A DNA stretch of 64,000 nt. Source: Vicugna vicugna. Lineage: Eukaryota. The stretch covers positions 11,327,009 to 11,391,008 of the forward strand of contig MU058781.1 in NCBI GenBank assembly GCA_013265495.1, in the 5' to 3' direction. The notes beneath the pieces were generated by a model. That model had not been told where the DNA came from. It did no database searches and saw only the letters and a list, made by a program, of their open reading frames with translations. Of this stretch, positions 37,470-50,277 are shown piece by piece. Position 1 is the stretch's first letter. Every line of letters starts with the position of its first letter. Made by a program: the position numbers and the translations under genes.

Positions 37470-38084
37470 CTGAAAAGAACAAAGAAAAAAATCCACTCAG
37501 ATTCTCAGAAAGGTAACTGGGATCCAAGGTTTAAAACTCAGGGAGGACACTACAGGAAATGTTTTGCCTTCAGGATGTTATTACGTTCTCTTCTTTTATT
37601 CACAGTAAGTGTGCACAGCCAGGTCTGAGTTCACTGTGTCCAAGATACATCACGCATCACACGTCAGAGTGAGAACGGCCACACTGTCATCACCCACCTA
37701 ACTGCAGGCCTTCCGCTAAGCCCCAGGCGAGGTGCCAGAAGCCTCTCCAGCAACTCTCAATTCCTGTGTGTTGGCCCTGCAAGCTCTTCTCCACGAGTAA
37801 TTCCTTCCTGAGAAAAACCTGGATAAGCAAGTTTTCCCCTGAACTTATCCTACCCTGGGACGTCCAGAGATGCAGTAATGAAGAGATAACATAACTAGCC
37901 ATCAGAAAGAAAACCAACAGAGATTATAATAAATTCCCCAGATGAATTAGCAACAACCCAGTCTTTCATCTTTTCACAACACAATCCTATGTACCTCATC
38001 CTAGGCGTCAGAGGATCATTTGAAAAATACACATCAGAACTATGGTAAGATGTGTGGAGAACAAACAAAGGCATTTTTCTGATA

Positions 38085-38300
38085 GCTTGGTGATTAAGAG
38101 CAGGGGCGTCTAACCTTGGGTTTACTAGCTGGATGACTTGGAGGTCATTTTTTTTGTGACCTTGGTGACTCCATGTTCCCAGCTGTAAAATGGGAGTAAG
38201 AATAGTCCCTTTCCCATATGGTTGCTAGGAGGACTAAACACAACAAACACAACAATACATGGAAAGCACTTCAAGCCATTCATCACAATGGCAAATACTT
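38085..38300. mobile_element. MIR SINE
   Basis: ttactagctggatgacttgg...agctgtaaaatgggagtaagaatagt...atggaaagcactt. Confidence 0.65.
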
Positions 38301-39291
38301 AACAGGTGTTCACAGCCAGTAACTCCCCCTCCTGTTATCAACCTGATACATGTGTCCCAAAGCTGCAGAACTTCTGAAGCCAAGCACAGCAGGGTGGCTG
38401 TCATCCCAGATGCTTCTGGGAAATCTTAATGGAAGGTGGGCCTCTAAGTGCCTGTGCCGGGACTCTCTTTCCCCAGGCCTACCTTTGTAAAAGTAACCAC
38501 AAAAAAACCTAAAATCCTTTATGAGTGGTCTCTGAAAAATAACTATTATTATGGTATACTACTTTTTTTTTAATCATGTCTTCTTTGGAGAGCATTCACA
38601 GAGTTTCACATATGAAAGTGGGCCCAATGCTGTCTTCTGAAGGCTTGCAGAATCACTGTCCCTACAAATCTCCTCACAGAGGGTCAGGCATGGGGTTCTG
38701 GAAGGTTCAGACAATTAGGCAGCTCTGGAGTTTCTCAGAGGTCAGCTCCATGGCGGGGGGCGGGGCAGGGGCAGGGAGGAAAACAAAGGAAAAACTTAAA
38801 GCAAAACTTCTCTTTGGTGATGGTATCACTTCACTTAAAGTTTTGCGTTTATAAACTAGAATTCGGGGAGATTAGATTGTTGCTGCACATAAGTAAAATA
38901 TGCAAACCTACCATTTGTATCAGTATACTTCTAGAACTCCTTTGTCTACGGAAGGCAGGTTAGTCAGGCCCCTTAGGTGGTGTGCTAGTGACCGTATGTG
39001 AGACTGACAGAAAAGAACGTTAGATTTGAGACAGAATCACTGAAACTTCTAGAAGCTATGAGAGCTGCAAGGAGAAAAAGCTGCCTCTAGTGTTATTCCA
39101 TTTCTCCAGGCACATATGTCTTGTGAGGGAGAAGGCATTTTAAAGTGCTTTTAAAGTCAAGTTGGTCTTCATAAAAAGGAGTGTCAAACAGTCTGGCAGG
39201 TGAACAACCCTGAGCAAAAGCCGCTAAAATGGTCATATCATATTTAATGCTGCATCTTTACTTCAAACAAATAAATAAGCATGCCAGGTAC

Positions 39292-39382
39292 CTCCTGCAG
39301 CAGCGGACGCAAAGCCAGGTTAAACCCCCTGTTAGCACCACGAGAGTGAGCGCCAGGATCGTCACATAGAACACGCTCCACT
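39292..39382 (-). CDS. KIAA0319: KIAA0319 exon 19 (transmembrane helix)
   Basis: tttcag|AG TGG...AGG AG|gtacct; 91 nt; (E)WSVFYVTILALTLVVLTGGLTWLCVRCCR(R). Confidence 0.95.
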
Positions 39383-40628
39383 CTGAAACGCAAGGAAACC
39401 GGAGCAGACGGGTTACATACCGCTTGCAAAACAGCTTTATTTCAGTGACTCACAGTGAGTATTTCTGAGTCCTTCCAAGCAAAGGCCATCTGTGGTGTTG
39501 CCACCACCTCGCCAGGCTGGTCTCAGAGCCTAAGCAAGGTGAAGTATAAATAAACCCACAAGGACTTAAAACCAGCCTACTTTCCACCCAGCTGGTTCAG
39601 GGGCCTCATGGAACAGGTACTTCACGCTGATGTGAGAACAGAAAGAATAATCTGAAAAAAAACTAAAAGATTCATCAATTAAGAAGGGAGGCCTCTTAAA
39701 CAGCCATGTAAGGCCCATCAAAATATTCATTCCAGAATCACAGAACCTGGAAAATAGTTCTGGCCTGGTCTGAACAAAGCAAATGAAGTAACTGTATGGC
39801 ATTTATGACAGGAAGATACTTCACAGAGCCAGGCAGCCACTCAGAAACGACCTGATCTTCATTCCTTCCACATCCCTGCAGAATTCCAGTGTAATAAGCT
39901 TTGCAACAGCAACTCAGAAACAAAACAAAAACAAGGCAGCAAAGACAAGGCTTAACTCTACTAAATGTCACACATACTCCTTAAAATGATGATCTGAGGG
40001 CTGGCTATTTTCAAATTTTTTTATGCAGTAGAGAGTAGGAACATAATTTGGCAGTCAACTCTTCCAAATTTTTTTGCCAATTATGTCCATCTGGAGGCCC
40101 AAGACAACAAAATTACTCTTAGAAAAAGACTGGCATTAAAATACAGTTTCTTCCTCAGAAGAGACCCAAGGGCACCAGCTTGGCCGGCTGAGGCAACAGC
40201 TCCAAATTTTGGCACCTGCTTGGGCAGACAGCCTGCAAGAGTGGGCCAGTTCTCTTGCAACCTGATTCCGGCAGGTCCTCACCAGGGGCCACTTCCCCAG
40301 AAGGTCACACTCAGCTCCACCAAGGCAGGAGCCATCCGGAAACAGGGACCATGTAACCCAGAGCAACCTTCTCAGCAAATGCCAGCGATGGTGAGCAAAG
40401 CTGCTCCGCCAAAGTGAGCTTCCTCATCAGGAAGTCTCACGGAAGAGCCTTAACCACACCCCCAAGGTGAACTCCGGGAGGATCTTAACCCTGCACCACG
40501 TGAGCTGGTTCACTTGCCTTTGGGTGAGAAAAGTTTTGGATTTCTGCACAGCTCGGCAGATCTTTCTGACATTTCAGAAAGAGATGTCTTAAGGCTCCTG
40601 CCCAAGGCCACCCCACGCCAGGACTCAC

Positions 40629-40751
40629 CGCAGTTGCTCTCCCCATCTCGGATGTAACGCTGGATGAGGTTCTCCATCCACAACTGAGAGCAAATGCAAC
40701 GCTTTGTGATGGGGTCACAGTGACCATGCCCGGAACACTTCAAAAGGCACC
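40629..40751 (-). CDS. KIAA0319: KIAA0319 exon 18 (Cys-rich C6/EGF-like region)
   Basis: ttgcag|GG TGC...TGC G|gtgagt; 123 nt; (G)CLLKCSGHGHCDPITKRCICSQLWMENLIQRYIRDGESNC. Confidence 0.96.
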
Positions 40752-40979
40752 CTGCAAAGAGGCAAGAGGGGCAGAGGTCACCACAGAGAAAAGGTGGGTC
40801 CCTAGCTTCAGCCCGTGTCCCTTCATAGCATGAGCCCTGAATAGGGCATCTGGTTGAATCAAGAGTCTCTGTTAACAATCTCATCGGGAAGCAAATGGCA
40901 GGAATAAGCCAATACCTGTGCCGTGTAACAAAAGCCCTAGAAACGTAGCACCCTCTGGCTTAAAAAAGATAAATTTTAA

Positions 40980-41067
40980 TATATAAATGTATAACTGAAT
41001 CACCAGAAACTAACACAACATTGTAAATCAACAATGCTTCAATAAAAACTTAAATAAATAAAAAAAG
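40980..41067 (+). mobile_element. Very short 5'-truncated L1 3' end
   Basis: accagaaactaacacaacattgtaaatcaac plus A tail; 15-bp TSD aaagataaatt(t/c)taa at 40965-40979 and 41068-41082. Confidence 0.8.
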
Positions 41068-42520
41068 AAAGATAAATTCTAAAAATTTATCCAATGAAAA
41101 TGATTGTGGCTATGCACTAAGATTTATCTACACTGTAGCATTATTTAAATCAATTTGAATGTCTGTGAGTAGAGGGTCAGTTGCATAAATTGCGGAACAC
41201 ATCCAGGATGTACCACTACGTGGCCGTGAATAGCTTATTGAGGGATAAATTTTAAAAGATTTGGGAAAATGACCATAATATGATTTTAAGTTAAAAAGCA
41301 TACACACACACACACACACGCGCGCGCACACACAATTATCCTGATTGTATTAAATGTTCCTAGAAACGGGGGAAGAAGGAAAAAATCAAAATATTTTAAA
41401 AGTTCTCTTTAGGGGGTGGGAAATCTAGATTCTAGAATCAAGAGGATTATTTATAATGTTTCATTTTTCTGGATATTCCAAATTTCCTACAATAAATAAA
41501 TATTACTTTTAAAGCTAGAAAAAAATGAATTATTAAAAAAATTAGTTTATTCCATATTACAAAGAAAGTCAATTGTGGACAGATGATCTGAAAAAAATTA
41601 AATTTTACTACCCAAATATTATCATGTCCCTGGTAACTCTCACAGTCCTTGGAGTCTACTGAAACGACCACTTTAATGTAAGGGATTCATGTTCCTCATA
41701 AGGTAGGGACAGAGACCTGGGATAAAGACTACATTTCCATCCACATATGTTTGGTGCCAGGAAGAGGTGACAAGCAAGGGGCTAAGAGGTGCAGCTGGAA
41801 GGCACTTGCATGCGCTCTTAAATTTCAACAGTCTACATAACACCATCATCACAGCCTAAGGCATGATGTCCCAGGCCAATAAATTATATAAACCTGGCTT
41901 TTCCAGACAATACTTATTTGTCTTTAACAGTGTTCTGACCATTTAAATATGATATTTCTGACAATGACCAGCATGTGAGACTATAGTTTTAAAAACTGAC
42001 CATGACTGTTGTTTCTATCCAATTTCCCTCAAAGATAAAGCGTAGTTGGCAAACATGTGTTGCAGGAAACTGACTAGAGAAATAAATGCAAAACAAATCT
42101 CTGGCTGCTAAAGGGAAGATGTCCCCATGTCCTCTTTCTGTGCCAGTAAAACGTAGGCATAACTAGCAAATCTGATTCTTTTAGAATGTTCTTGTAGGGG
42201 CTGACATGGAAAATTAGAAAAATAATTAAATATTGAAATTTATTCCCACTTAAATTAAAATGCAAAAACAAAAAACAACCATGAGTCCTGGCCGCTGTCC
42301 TGCCACATTGGAACCAAACCATATTTCACCTCCTCCGAGAAATCTTTCACTGTAACCTGGGCAGTTACTTAATGTTTCTATAAGGCTCTCGTTGCATTCA
42401 ATTGGCTAGGATGTCCAGCTCAGTGGTATCCAGTTCCAAACATAATCAGATATTTACATTACTTGAACTATAAAAAATTAAAATTAAAGTTTAAAAAGAA
42501 TACTTCTGGAGGGGACATAC

Positions 42521-42663
42521 CGACTGTGTCAATCCTCAAGACTTTGAAAAGCAAGAAATCAGCCTTTTCCTTTGAGAGCCGCCTGTGCAGATTTCGGGTC
42601 ACTTCAGCAGCTTTGAGGACCTTGAAAGGTGGCCCACTCTGCACATAAAACACAACCACGGTG
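42521..42663 (-). CDS. KIAA0319: KIAA0319 exon 17
   Basis: ctgcag|C ACC...GTC G|gtatgt; 143 nt; TVVVFYVQSGPPFKVLKAAEVTRNLHRRLSKEKADFLLFKVLRIDTV. Confidence 0.96.
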
Positions 42664-43459
42664 CTGCAGAGGAGACAGAGAGGACAGCCACACGGTCAGG
42701 TAGTGACTAACATGATGCGTCCACTCCCGTCAGCTGACCTGTGGAGCTCGAAGACAGACTGTCACAGCTCTGTGACTTGGCAAGGACAGAGGGGCGTATT
42801 CTGTGGACCAAGGAACAAATCTGTTCCTACTCCCAAATAAAGGCTCTTTGGCCCCAGAGCTCAGCGATGACAGATCTTCAGACAAAAGGAGCAATGTGTA
42901 CGTGTGGACCAACAGAAACAACTAGAAACCGAATGAGAACGTTCACACACAATTTTATTTTTACCTTTTTTTACGATATAATTTATTAAATTCACCCTTC
43001 TAACATGTACAATTCAGTGGCCTTTTGTATACTCACGAAGTTGTGCCACCATCACCACTATCCAGCTTCAGAACATTTTCACAGAAAGAAACTCCATCCC
43101 CATGAGCACCCAGCCCCCATGGTCCACAGCTCCTGAAAACCACTGATCTCCTTTCTGTCTCTATGGGTTTGACTCTTTTGGACTTTTGATATAAATGGAA
43201 TACACAGGAGGCATTTTGTGTCTGGCTTCATTCTCTTAGCATAATGTTTTCAAAGTTCATCCAAGTTGTAGCATATATCAATACTGCCTTCCTTTTAATT
43301 GCCAAATAATATTCCATTGTATAAATATATCTCATTTTATTTATCCACTCATCAATTGATAACATTTGGATGTACCTACTTTTTGGCCGTATGAATAATG
43401 CCACTGTGAGCATTCATATGCAAGATTTTATATGGACATATGTTTATCACTTTTCTTGG

Positions 43460-43462
<3 letters not shown>

Positions 43463-43496
<34 letters not shown>
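43463..43496. repeat. (TA)n microsatellite
   Basis: Uninterrupted TA run inside L1. Confidence 0.95.
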
Positions 43497-43503
<7 letters not shown>

Positions 43504-44599
43504 CTAGGAGTGGAATTACTGGGTCATATGGTAACTTTATGTTTAGCATTTTGAGGAAATGACAAACTGTCTTCCACAGTGGCTGCACCATTTACATTCC
43601 CACCAGCAATGTAGGAGTGTTCCAATTTTTCCCCACATACTGGCCAACAATTGTGACAGCCTGTCTTTCATATTATAGCAATCCTAGTGGATGTTAAGTG
43701 GGTATCTCAATGTGATTTTGATTCACATTTCCCTAATAGCTAATGATGTTAAGCATCTTTTCATGTGCTTGTTGGCCATTTGTATAACTTCTTTGGATAG
43801 ATTCCTATTCAAATCTGTATTAGTTTCCAAATGTTGCCATAAAAAAGTACCACAAACTAGGTGGCTTCACACAACAGAAATATATTCTCCCACAGTACTA
43901 GAGGCTAGAATTCCAAAATCAAGGTGTTGGCAGGACCATCCTCTCTCTGAAGGCTCTGGGGAGCCCATGCCTTTAGCTTCTGGTGTTGCTGGCAACCGTT
44001 CGTGTTCTGTGGCTTGTACATATATCACTCCATCTCTGTCTCCATTATCACATGGTGTTCTCCCCGTGTGTCTGTCTCTGTGTCTCTTCTCTTCTTAAAA
44101 GGACACAGTCATATCGGATTAAGGGTCTACCCTACCCCAGTATGACCTAATCTTAACTAATTCCATCTGTAACAACTCTATTTCCAAATAAGGTCACATT
44201 CACAGGTACTAGGGGTTAGGGCTTGAACATATCTTTTGGGGAGACACAATTCAACCTACAAGTTTTACCATGAAAATTTTGTCAAATGCTGTTTCTGTGT
44301 CTATTAAGATGATCACATTGCTTTTGTCCTTTATTAATGTGATTTACTATATTTATTGATTTTCATGTGTTGACTCACCCTGCCTTTCTGGGATAAATCC
44401 CACTTGGCCATGGTGTCTAATCCTTTCAACATGTTGATGGATGGAGCCAGCAAGCCTATGCCTGGGCATATAGCCAAAGGAGATGAGAATAGGGTATCAA
44501 TGAGATATCTGTACTCCCATGTTTACTGCAGCATTATTCATAATAGCCAAGATATGGAGACAACGTGTCCATCAACAGATGAATGGATAAAGAAAATGT

Positions 44600-44604
<5 letters not shown>

Positions 44605-44651
<47 letters not shown>
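44605..44651. repeat. (CA)n microsatellite
   Basis: About 23 AC units inside L1. Confidence 0.95.
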
Positions 44652-44653
<2 letters not shown>

Positions 44654-45948
44654 GGAATGTTATTCAGCCATGATAAAGAAGGAAATCCTGCTATTCGAGA
44701 CAAAGTGGATGGTCCTTGGGGGCATTTTGCTAAGTGAGATAAGTCACACAGAGAAACACAAATACTGTACAGTATCACTCATATGTGGAATCTTAAAAAG
44801 CCAACTCATAAAAACAGAAGGTAGAGTGGTGGTTCTTAGGTGAAATGTTGTTTAAGGGTATAAACTTGCCAGCAGATAAGTAAGTCCTGGAGATTTAATG
44901 CACTACATACTGATTATAGTCAATAATATTCTATTATAAACTTCAAAGTTACTAAGAGGCGAGATGTTAATTTTTCCCACCACAAAAAAAGAAATAATTA
45001 TGTGATGTGAGAGAGCTGTTAGCTAACTCTACAGTGGTAATCATATTGTAATATATAAATATACAAAATCAACATGTTGTATGCCTTAAATTTACACAAT
45101 GTATATCAATTATAGCTCAATAAAATACATACACAAATAAAAATGCAAGTTGTTGAATGCATTTTTTATAGTATTTTGTTGAATATTTTTGCTTCTATAT
45201 TCATAAGGTATATATATTGGTCTGCAATTTTCTTTTTGTGCTATCTTTGTCTAGTTTTGGTATCAGAGTAAAACTGGACTCATAGAATAAATTGGGAAGT
45301 GTTCCTTCCTCTTCTATTTTTTGGAAGAGTTTGTGAAAGTGGTGTTAAATCTTTAAACATTTTGTAGAATTCACCAGTGAAGCCATTTGGTCCTGGGTTT
45401 GTGGGACGTTTTTTGATGACTGATTCAATCTCTTCACTTGTTATAGGCCTATTAAAATTTTTTATTTCTTCTTGAGTCAGTTTTTATAAGTTGTGTCTTT
45501 CTAGGATTTTGTCCATTTCAACTAGGTTAACTAATTTGCTGACATATAGTTGTTCATAGTATAATCCTTTTCATTTCTATAAGGTCAGTGGTGATATCCC
45601 CTTTCATTCCAGATTTTAGCAATTTGAGTCTTCTCTTTTTCTCTTGGTCAGTCTAACTAAAAGTTTATCAATTTTGTTGATCTTTCAAAGAAACAACTTT
45701 TGGTTCTATTGAGTTTCAGACATGTGTTTGGTTCAGTGTTAGAGATTTTGTAAGTAAGAGAAATGTATGATTCACTTTAGAAAGACTTCTTTTAAAATAA
45801 TTATTCTTAATTTAGTATTTTTCTATGTAAATTTCAGTTATCTGAAAAACAACAGAATAACTGAAATAACTGGCAAATGGATTTACTATGAATAGTAGTT
45901 TTTCATTTCCATATGCTTTCTCTCTCTCTGTCTCTTTCCATCCCACTC

Positions 45949-46012
45949 TACTGTTCAAAGGTTGGATAAGAGTTTATTTTTACTGTTCAAAGGTTGGATA
46001 AGAGTTTATTTT
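45949..46012. repeat. Perfect 32-bp tandem duplication
   Basis: TACTGTTCAAAGGTTGGATAAGAGTTTATTTT twice (45949-45980, 45981-46012). Confidence 0.95.
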
Positions 46013-46427
46013 AAAAAGTCAATTAAAATTATAAATCTTATAAGAAATCAAGGCAGAGGTTGAACCTCATAGACTCCCAGAATCCATGATCCTCTCACAC
46101 TGAGAGAAGTCTCAGCCCCGTGAACATGGGACAGGGATGACGTCTAGCTGTGAGACATGCCCTGTGTATACCCCAGACCATTTGCACACCCTATGATGAT
46201 ACTAGAACTAAAACCCAGCTTCCTCTGATGTTCCCTTAACATCTTCATTCAGAACATTCTCAATCAGCAAGCATTAACTGAGACTCGTGGGAAGGACCTG
46301 CAATGATGTTGCCCTTACTGCTGCCCTTTGAGGGAAAAAAAAGATAGGAATGGGATAAATATGTGGAAAAATACAGAACAAGAGAGGAAACAAATAGCTT
46401 CAGGTGACACTGGTGTGCAGCTCATAC

Positions 46428-46587
46428 CTGAGATCTGAGTGGGCCTGGATCTTCTGAACCTTAATGTCCGAGTCCAGCACATTTAGCAGCACTGCCAGCT
46501 GCCTCACGAGGGTGTCCTTCTGCTGCTCTGTCAGCTGCCCAACACTGACCTGCAGGATCAGCTCCACCAGGCCGTTCTTCCTAGGGT
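46428..46587 (-). CDS. KIAA0319: KIAA0319 exon 16
   Basis: tcccag|AC CCT...CTC AG|gtatga; 160 nt; (D)PRKNGLVELILQVSVGQLTEQQKDTLVRQLAVLLNVLDSDIKVQKIQAHSDL(S). Confidence 0.96.
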
Positions 46588-46687
46588 CTGGGAGAGAGAG
46601 GACATGGCTTTCCACTTGGAAACCACAGGCTTGATTTGAAATATAAGGAGCAAGGCCTATGTAAGAGTTAGTTTAAGTGATCCCTGC

Positions 46688-47444
46688 TGTGGAGAAAAGG
46701 AACCCTCCTACACTGTTGGTCAGAATGTAGTTTGGCCCAGTACCTATGGAAAACAGTATGGAGATTCCTTGAAAAAATAAAAATAGAGTTACCATATGAT
46801 CCAGCAATCCCACTCCTGGGCATATATCTGGAGGGAACTTTAATTTGGAAAGATACATGCACCCCAGTGTTCATAGCAGCATTATATACAATAGACAAGA
46901 CATGGAAGCAACCTAAATGTCCACTGACAAATGACTGGATAAAGATGTGATATATTTATACAATGGAATATTACTCAGCCATTAAAAAAGAATGAAATAA
47001 TGTCATTTCTAGAGATTATCATACTAAGTGAAGTAAGCCAGAAAAAGAAAGACAAATACCATATGATATCACTTATATGTGGAATCAAAAAAAAAAACCC
47101 ACACAAATGAACTTACTTAGAAAACAGAAACACTCACAGACATAGAAAACAAACTTATAGTTACTAGTGGAGTAATGGAGGGGATGGAGGGATAAACTGA
47201 GAGTTCAGGATTTGCAGATACTAACTATTATATATAGAATAAACAAGGTCCTATTGTAAAGCACAGGGAACTATATATTCAATATCTTATAATGGCTTAT
47301 AATGAAAAAGAATATGAAAAGGAACATATATATATATTTTATAAAACTGAATCATTATGCTATGTACCAGGAATTAATACAACATTGTAAACCAACTATA
47401 TTTCAAAAAAAATAAAATAAAATATTTTTTAAATATTTAAAAAA
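46688..47444 (+). mobile_element. L1 3' end (artiodactyl type)
   Basis: tgtggagaaaaggaaccctcctacactgttgg...gcacagggaactatat...acaacattgtaaaccaactatatttc plus A-rich tail. Confidence 0.9.
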
Positions 47445-48043
47445 GAGATAATCCATGAGTAACTTCTACATTTGGGTTTTAGGGCTTAGATAAATTTTCT
47501 AAATGCCACAGAGACCACTGTCTGTGAGTACTTCTTCCTTATTTTATATCAGCTTATTGTCTATTAATTTTTCTCCAGATGATAAACAGATGTCCCTAAT
47601 CAGCCTCTGGGCTCACTTGAAATTTCAGCCCCTCACACCCTTCCCCAGGCCTGGAAAGAGAATTTAGTCTCCAAGCAGCGTGGGCACTGCCCAGTTTACG
47701 CTGGGGGTCAGTAGGGCCACCTCCCTGCACCTGCCCTCCCTCTTGCTCCCAGGAATGAAGCCCTTGTGTCCGCTTCTCATTAGGACATTGTCTTTTGGCA
47801 GGAAAACCAAACTGACAAGGGATTCTTGCTGCCAGATCCAATTTTCCTTAACGAGTGATGAGGCTGGCTCTGTCTGGGGAGAGAGAACCAAGTGTAGAGA
47901 AAGCCTCAAAGTGGGACCTGTGGAACTGAAGCCATGGGGGTCTCCCACACCATTTCCACTGTCAACCCCAAAGAGACCCAAAGGCTGACACCTGGATCAG
48001 AGACCAGCCCCGCAAACCCAGACACAGAAACCCGGGAGCTTAC

Positions 48044-48182
48044 CTGGCCGCACTTCCACCGTGGCGGTGTCCGTGTCCGAGGCCCCCTGACCGTCAGTGA
48101 CCCGCAGGCGGAAAGTGTAGACCCCCTCCACCAGGTTGGTGAGCTGCAGCGCTGCGCTGCGGTCAGAGCCATCGATGACATC
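48044..48182 (-). CDS. KIAA0319: KIAA0319 exon 15 (PKD domain 5, C-terminal half)
   Basis: tcacag|GAT...CCA G|gtaagc; 139 nt; DVIDGSDRSAALQLTNLVEGVYTFRLRVTDGQGASDTDTATVEVRP. Confidence 0.96.
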
Positions 48183-49607
48183 CTGTGAAAGAACCCGGTT
48201 CACAACTCAACACTCAGTTCCCAATGTCTGGGCCTCGGGGGATCTCAACTTCAGTGTCCCGTCTTTGTCATACATGCATGCCTCTAAGGGGCAGGCACAA
48301 GAGGAAGCAGGGAGGTGGGTTAGCTGAAGATCTGGAGAATCCTCAGCATCTCTTTCACCTCTAAAGCACCAGGAGGCACAGTCCTCAGACACTACTTCCT
48401 GAGCTGAGCATCCTAAGGGCTCTCTCAGAATTACCAAATTCCATCCCACAGAGGGGGAAACCACTGAAATTAGGGCAAAGATGTGGAGGATGAAGCACCC
48501 TCTCTAAAGGGTTTTCTGGGTCTTATTTTCAAACATACTTTTACAACACTCTCATCTTGGGTGTCCTCAGTGTGTATCATGTTCACCTTCTCAAATGACC
48601 CAAGAACCTTTACTAAAAAATTTATAGGAGAGATTTATTTGAAGAAACATTACAGCATATACAAACTACATAAAGTTTAATTTCCACTCATACAGTGGTA
48701 AATTTGATATAATGCAAAGAAAAAAACTGCTAACATCCCAGAATACACAAAGTACTGCACAGTTTGATCCCTAAGGCAAATTAGTTGGTAAGCAAACCTC
48801 ACAGAACAGCTTCATGTCAGCCAAGGCTCCAAACACCGTGGACAACACATCTCTGCTCAGAGAATTTGAGAAGAATCTCCCAGACCCCTGCTCAGAACTT
48901 GCTAACAGAAGAGGGTGGTAACCAAAGGTAACAAGTAACAAGCGCTCTGATCAGGGAGTTGTTATAATTACACTTAGAAGCTAATCTATCACCTTGTTGA
49001 ACAGTATTTATTCTAGAGGTACTTAGAAAGTGTAAAGCATTCTCAGTTTTTTCCCTGTGACCACTCCTTTGGTACATCTCCAGGAGTAAACTTGCGTCTC
49101 TCAAGTCCTTAGCAACAGCAGGGATGGAGATGTACCTAAATTTACAGCCTAAGAGGCAGAGTCATCCAATGGGGAAAAACACATGCCAGGAGCTAGAAAC
49201 CTGGGTCTATTTGGTTTGCATAAGGAGGAGTTAGTTGACCTTTGCCTAGTCACTTTCCATCTCTGCATCTCAATTTCCATACTTATGAAATGGGAATAGC
49301 AATCCTTGATCTGTTGGCATTTTTGATACAATGTTGAGGGACAGGAAAGAATCCTTGGACCAAAATAGGAACAATGGGAAAGCTGAGGAGCAGGATGAGT
49401 CCCAGGAGAAGACGTGGCCTCTAAGTCCCTCCAGGCTATGGTTTACGACCCTGTCCAAAGTCTGGGCAGGGAAACAGTCAGGAAGGACTTCAGATGTTTC
49501 AGGTGTGTTCAAATCGAACAGCAGGCTCCTGCCTCTAGCCCCCAGAGGAAACCTAGAAGCATAAACCTTAGCAGGGAATATGGAAAGGGAGATGGGGTCA
49601 TAACAGT

Positions 49608-50080
49608 GACACTGGTATGGACTTAAATGTGTCGCCTCATGCATTAAAGCCCTAACCTCCAATGTTACTCTACTTGAGACAGGGTCTGTTAAGAGGTAGG
49701 AAGCGAAATAGCTCAGTGGTAGAGTACATGCTTGGCATGCATGAGGTCCTGGGTTCAAATCCCCAGTACCTCCATTAAAAAAGAAAAGAGGTACTTAAGG
49801 CTAAATGAGGTCATAAGGGTGGGATCCTGATCCCAAACGATTAGTGTCCTTGTAAGAAGAGATACCAAAGAGCTCTCTCTCTCCCCTTCTCTCTCTCCCA
49901 TGTGAGGACACAGCAAGAAGGACACAAGCCAGGAAGAGAGAGTCCTCACCAGGAACCAAACAGGCTGGCACCTTGAACTTGGGCTTCCCAGCCTCCAGAA
50001 CGGGGAGAACACAAATGCCTGTGATTTAAGCCACCCAGTCTGGGGTATTTTGCCCTGGCAGCCCTAGCAAACCAACACAG
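49608..50080. mobile_element. MLT1-type solo LTR with a nested SINE
   Basis: aagccctaacctccaatg...aaatgaggtcataagggtggg...ccagcctccagaac...ttaagccacccagtc. Confidence 0.8.
49699..49785 (+). mobile_element. tRNA-Ala-derived SINE (Vic-1-like), short form
   Basis: atagctcagtggtagagtacatgcttggcatgcatgaggtcctgggttcaaatcccc; TSD AAGAGGTA at 49691-49698 and 49786-49793. Confidence 0.9.
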
Positions 50081-50125
50081 ACGTAATGGTAAGTGGCCCA
50101 GGAGCAGTTCTCTTCAAGTACTCAC

Positions 50126-50277
50126 TCCAGCGGCTGGACTCTGGCCATCCCGGATCCACAGATAGGACACAACTCCTTGGTCATCAGCAGACCTTGAACC
50201 ATCCAAAGTAATGGAGTTATTGGGAAGCACAAGAACATGTCTGCCACCAGCCTGGGCTCTGGGAGGACTATTATTTT
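50126..50277 (-). CDS. KIAA0319: KIAA0319 exon 14 (PKD domain 5, N-terminal half)
   Basis: acttag|AA AAT...GGA|gtgagt; 152 nt; (E)NNSPPRAQAGGRHVLVLPNNSITLDGSRSADDQGVVSYLWIRDGQSPAAG; not in the ORF track. Confidence 0.95.

Larger units (their letters stand above)
42955..45715 (-). mobile_element. Old L1M (- strand) broken by an MLT1 LTR (about 43816-44260) and a + strand L1 3' end (about 44450-45140)
   Basis: L1 3' UTR and ORF2 text on - at 42955-43815, 44265-44440 and 45160-45715; MLT1 motifs tgtattagtttcc...gacacaattcaacc; + strand L1 with atcaacagatgaatggataaagaaaatg. Confidence 0.8.

Noticed and set aside
38755..38776. G-quadruplex-like motif (four G runs) in KIAA0319 intron 19
   Set aside because: Such motifs are common, and this one lies on the template strand far from splice sites.
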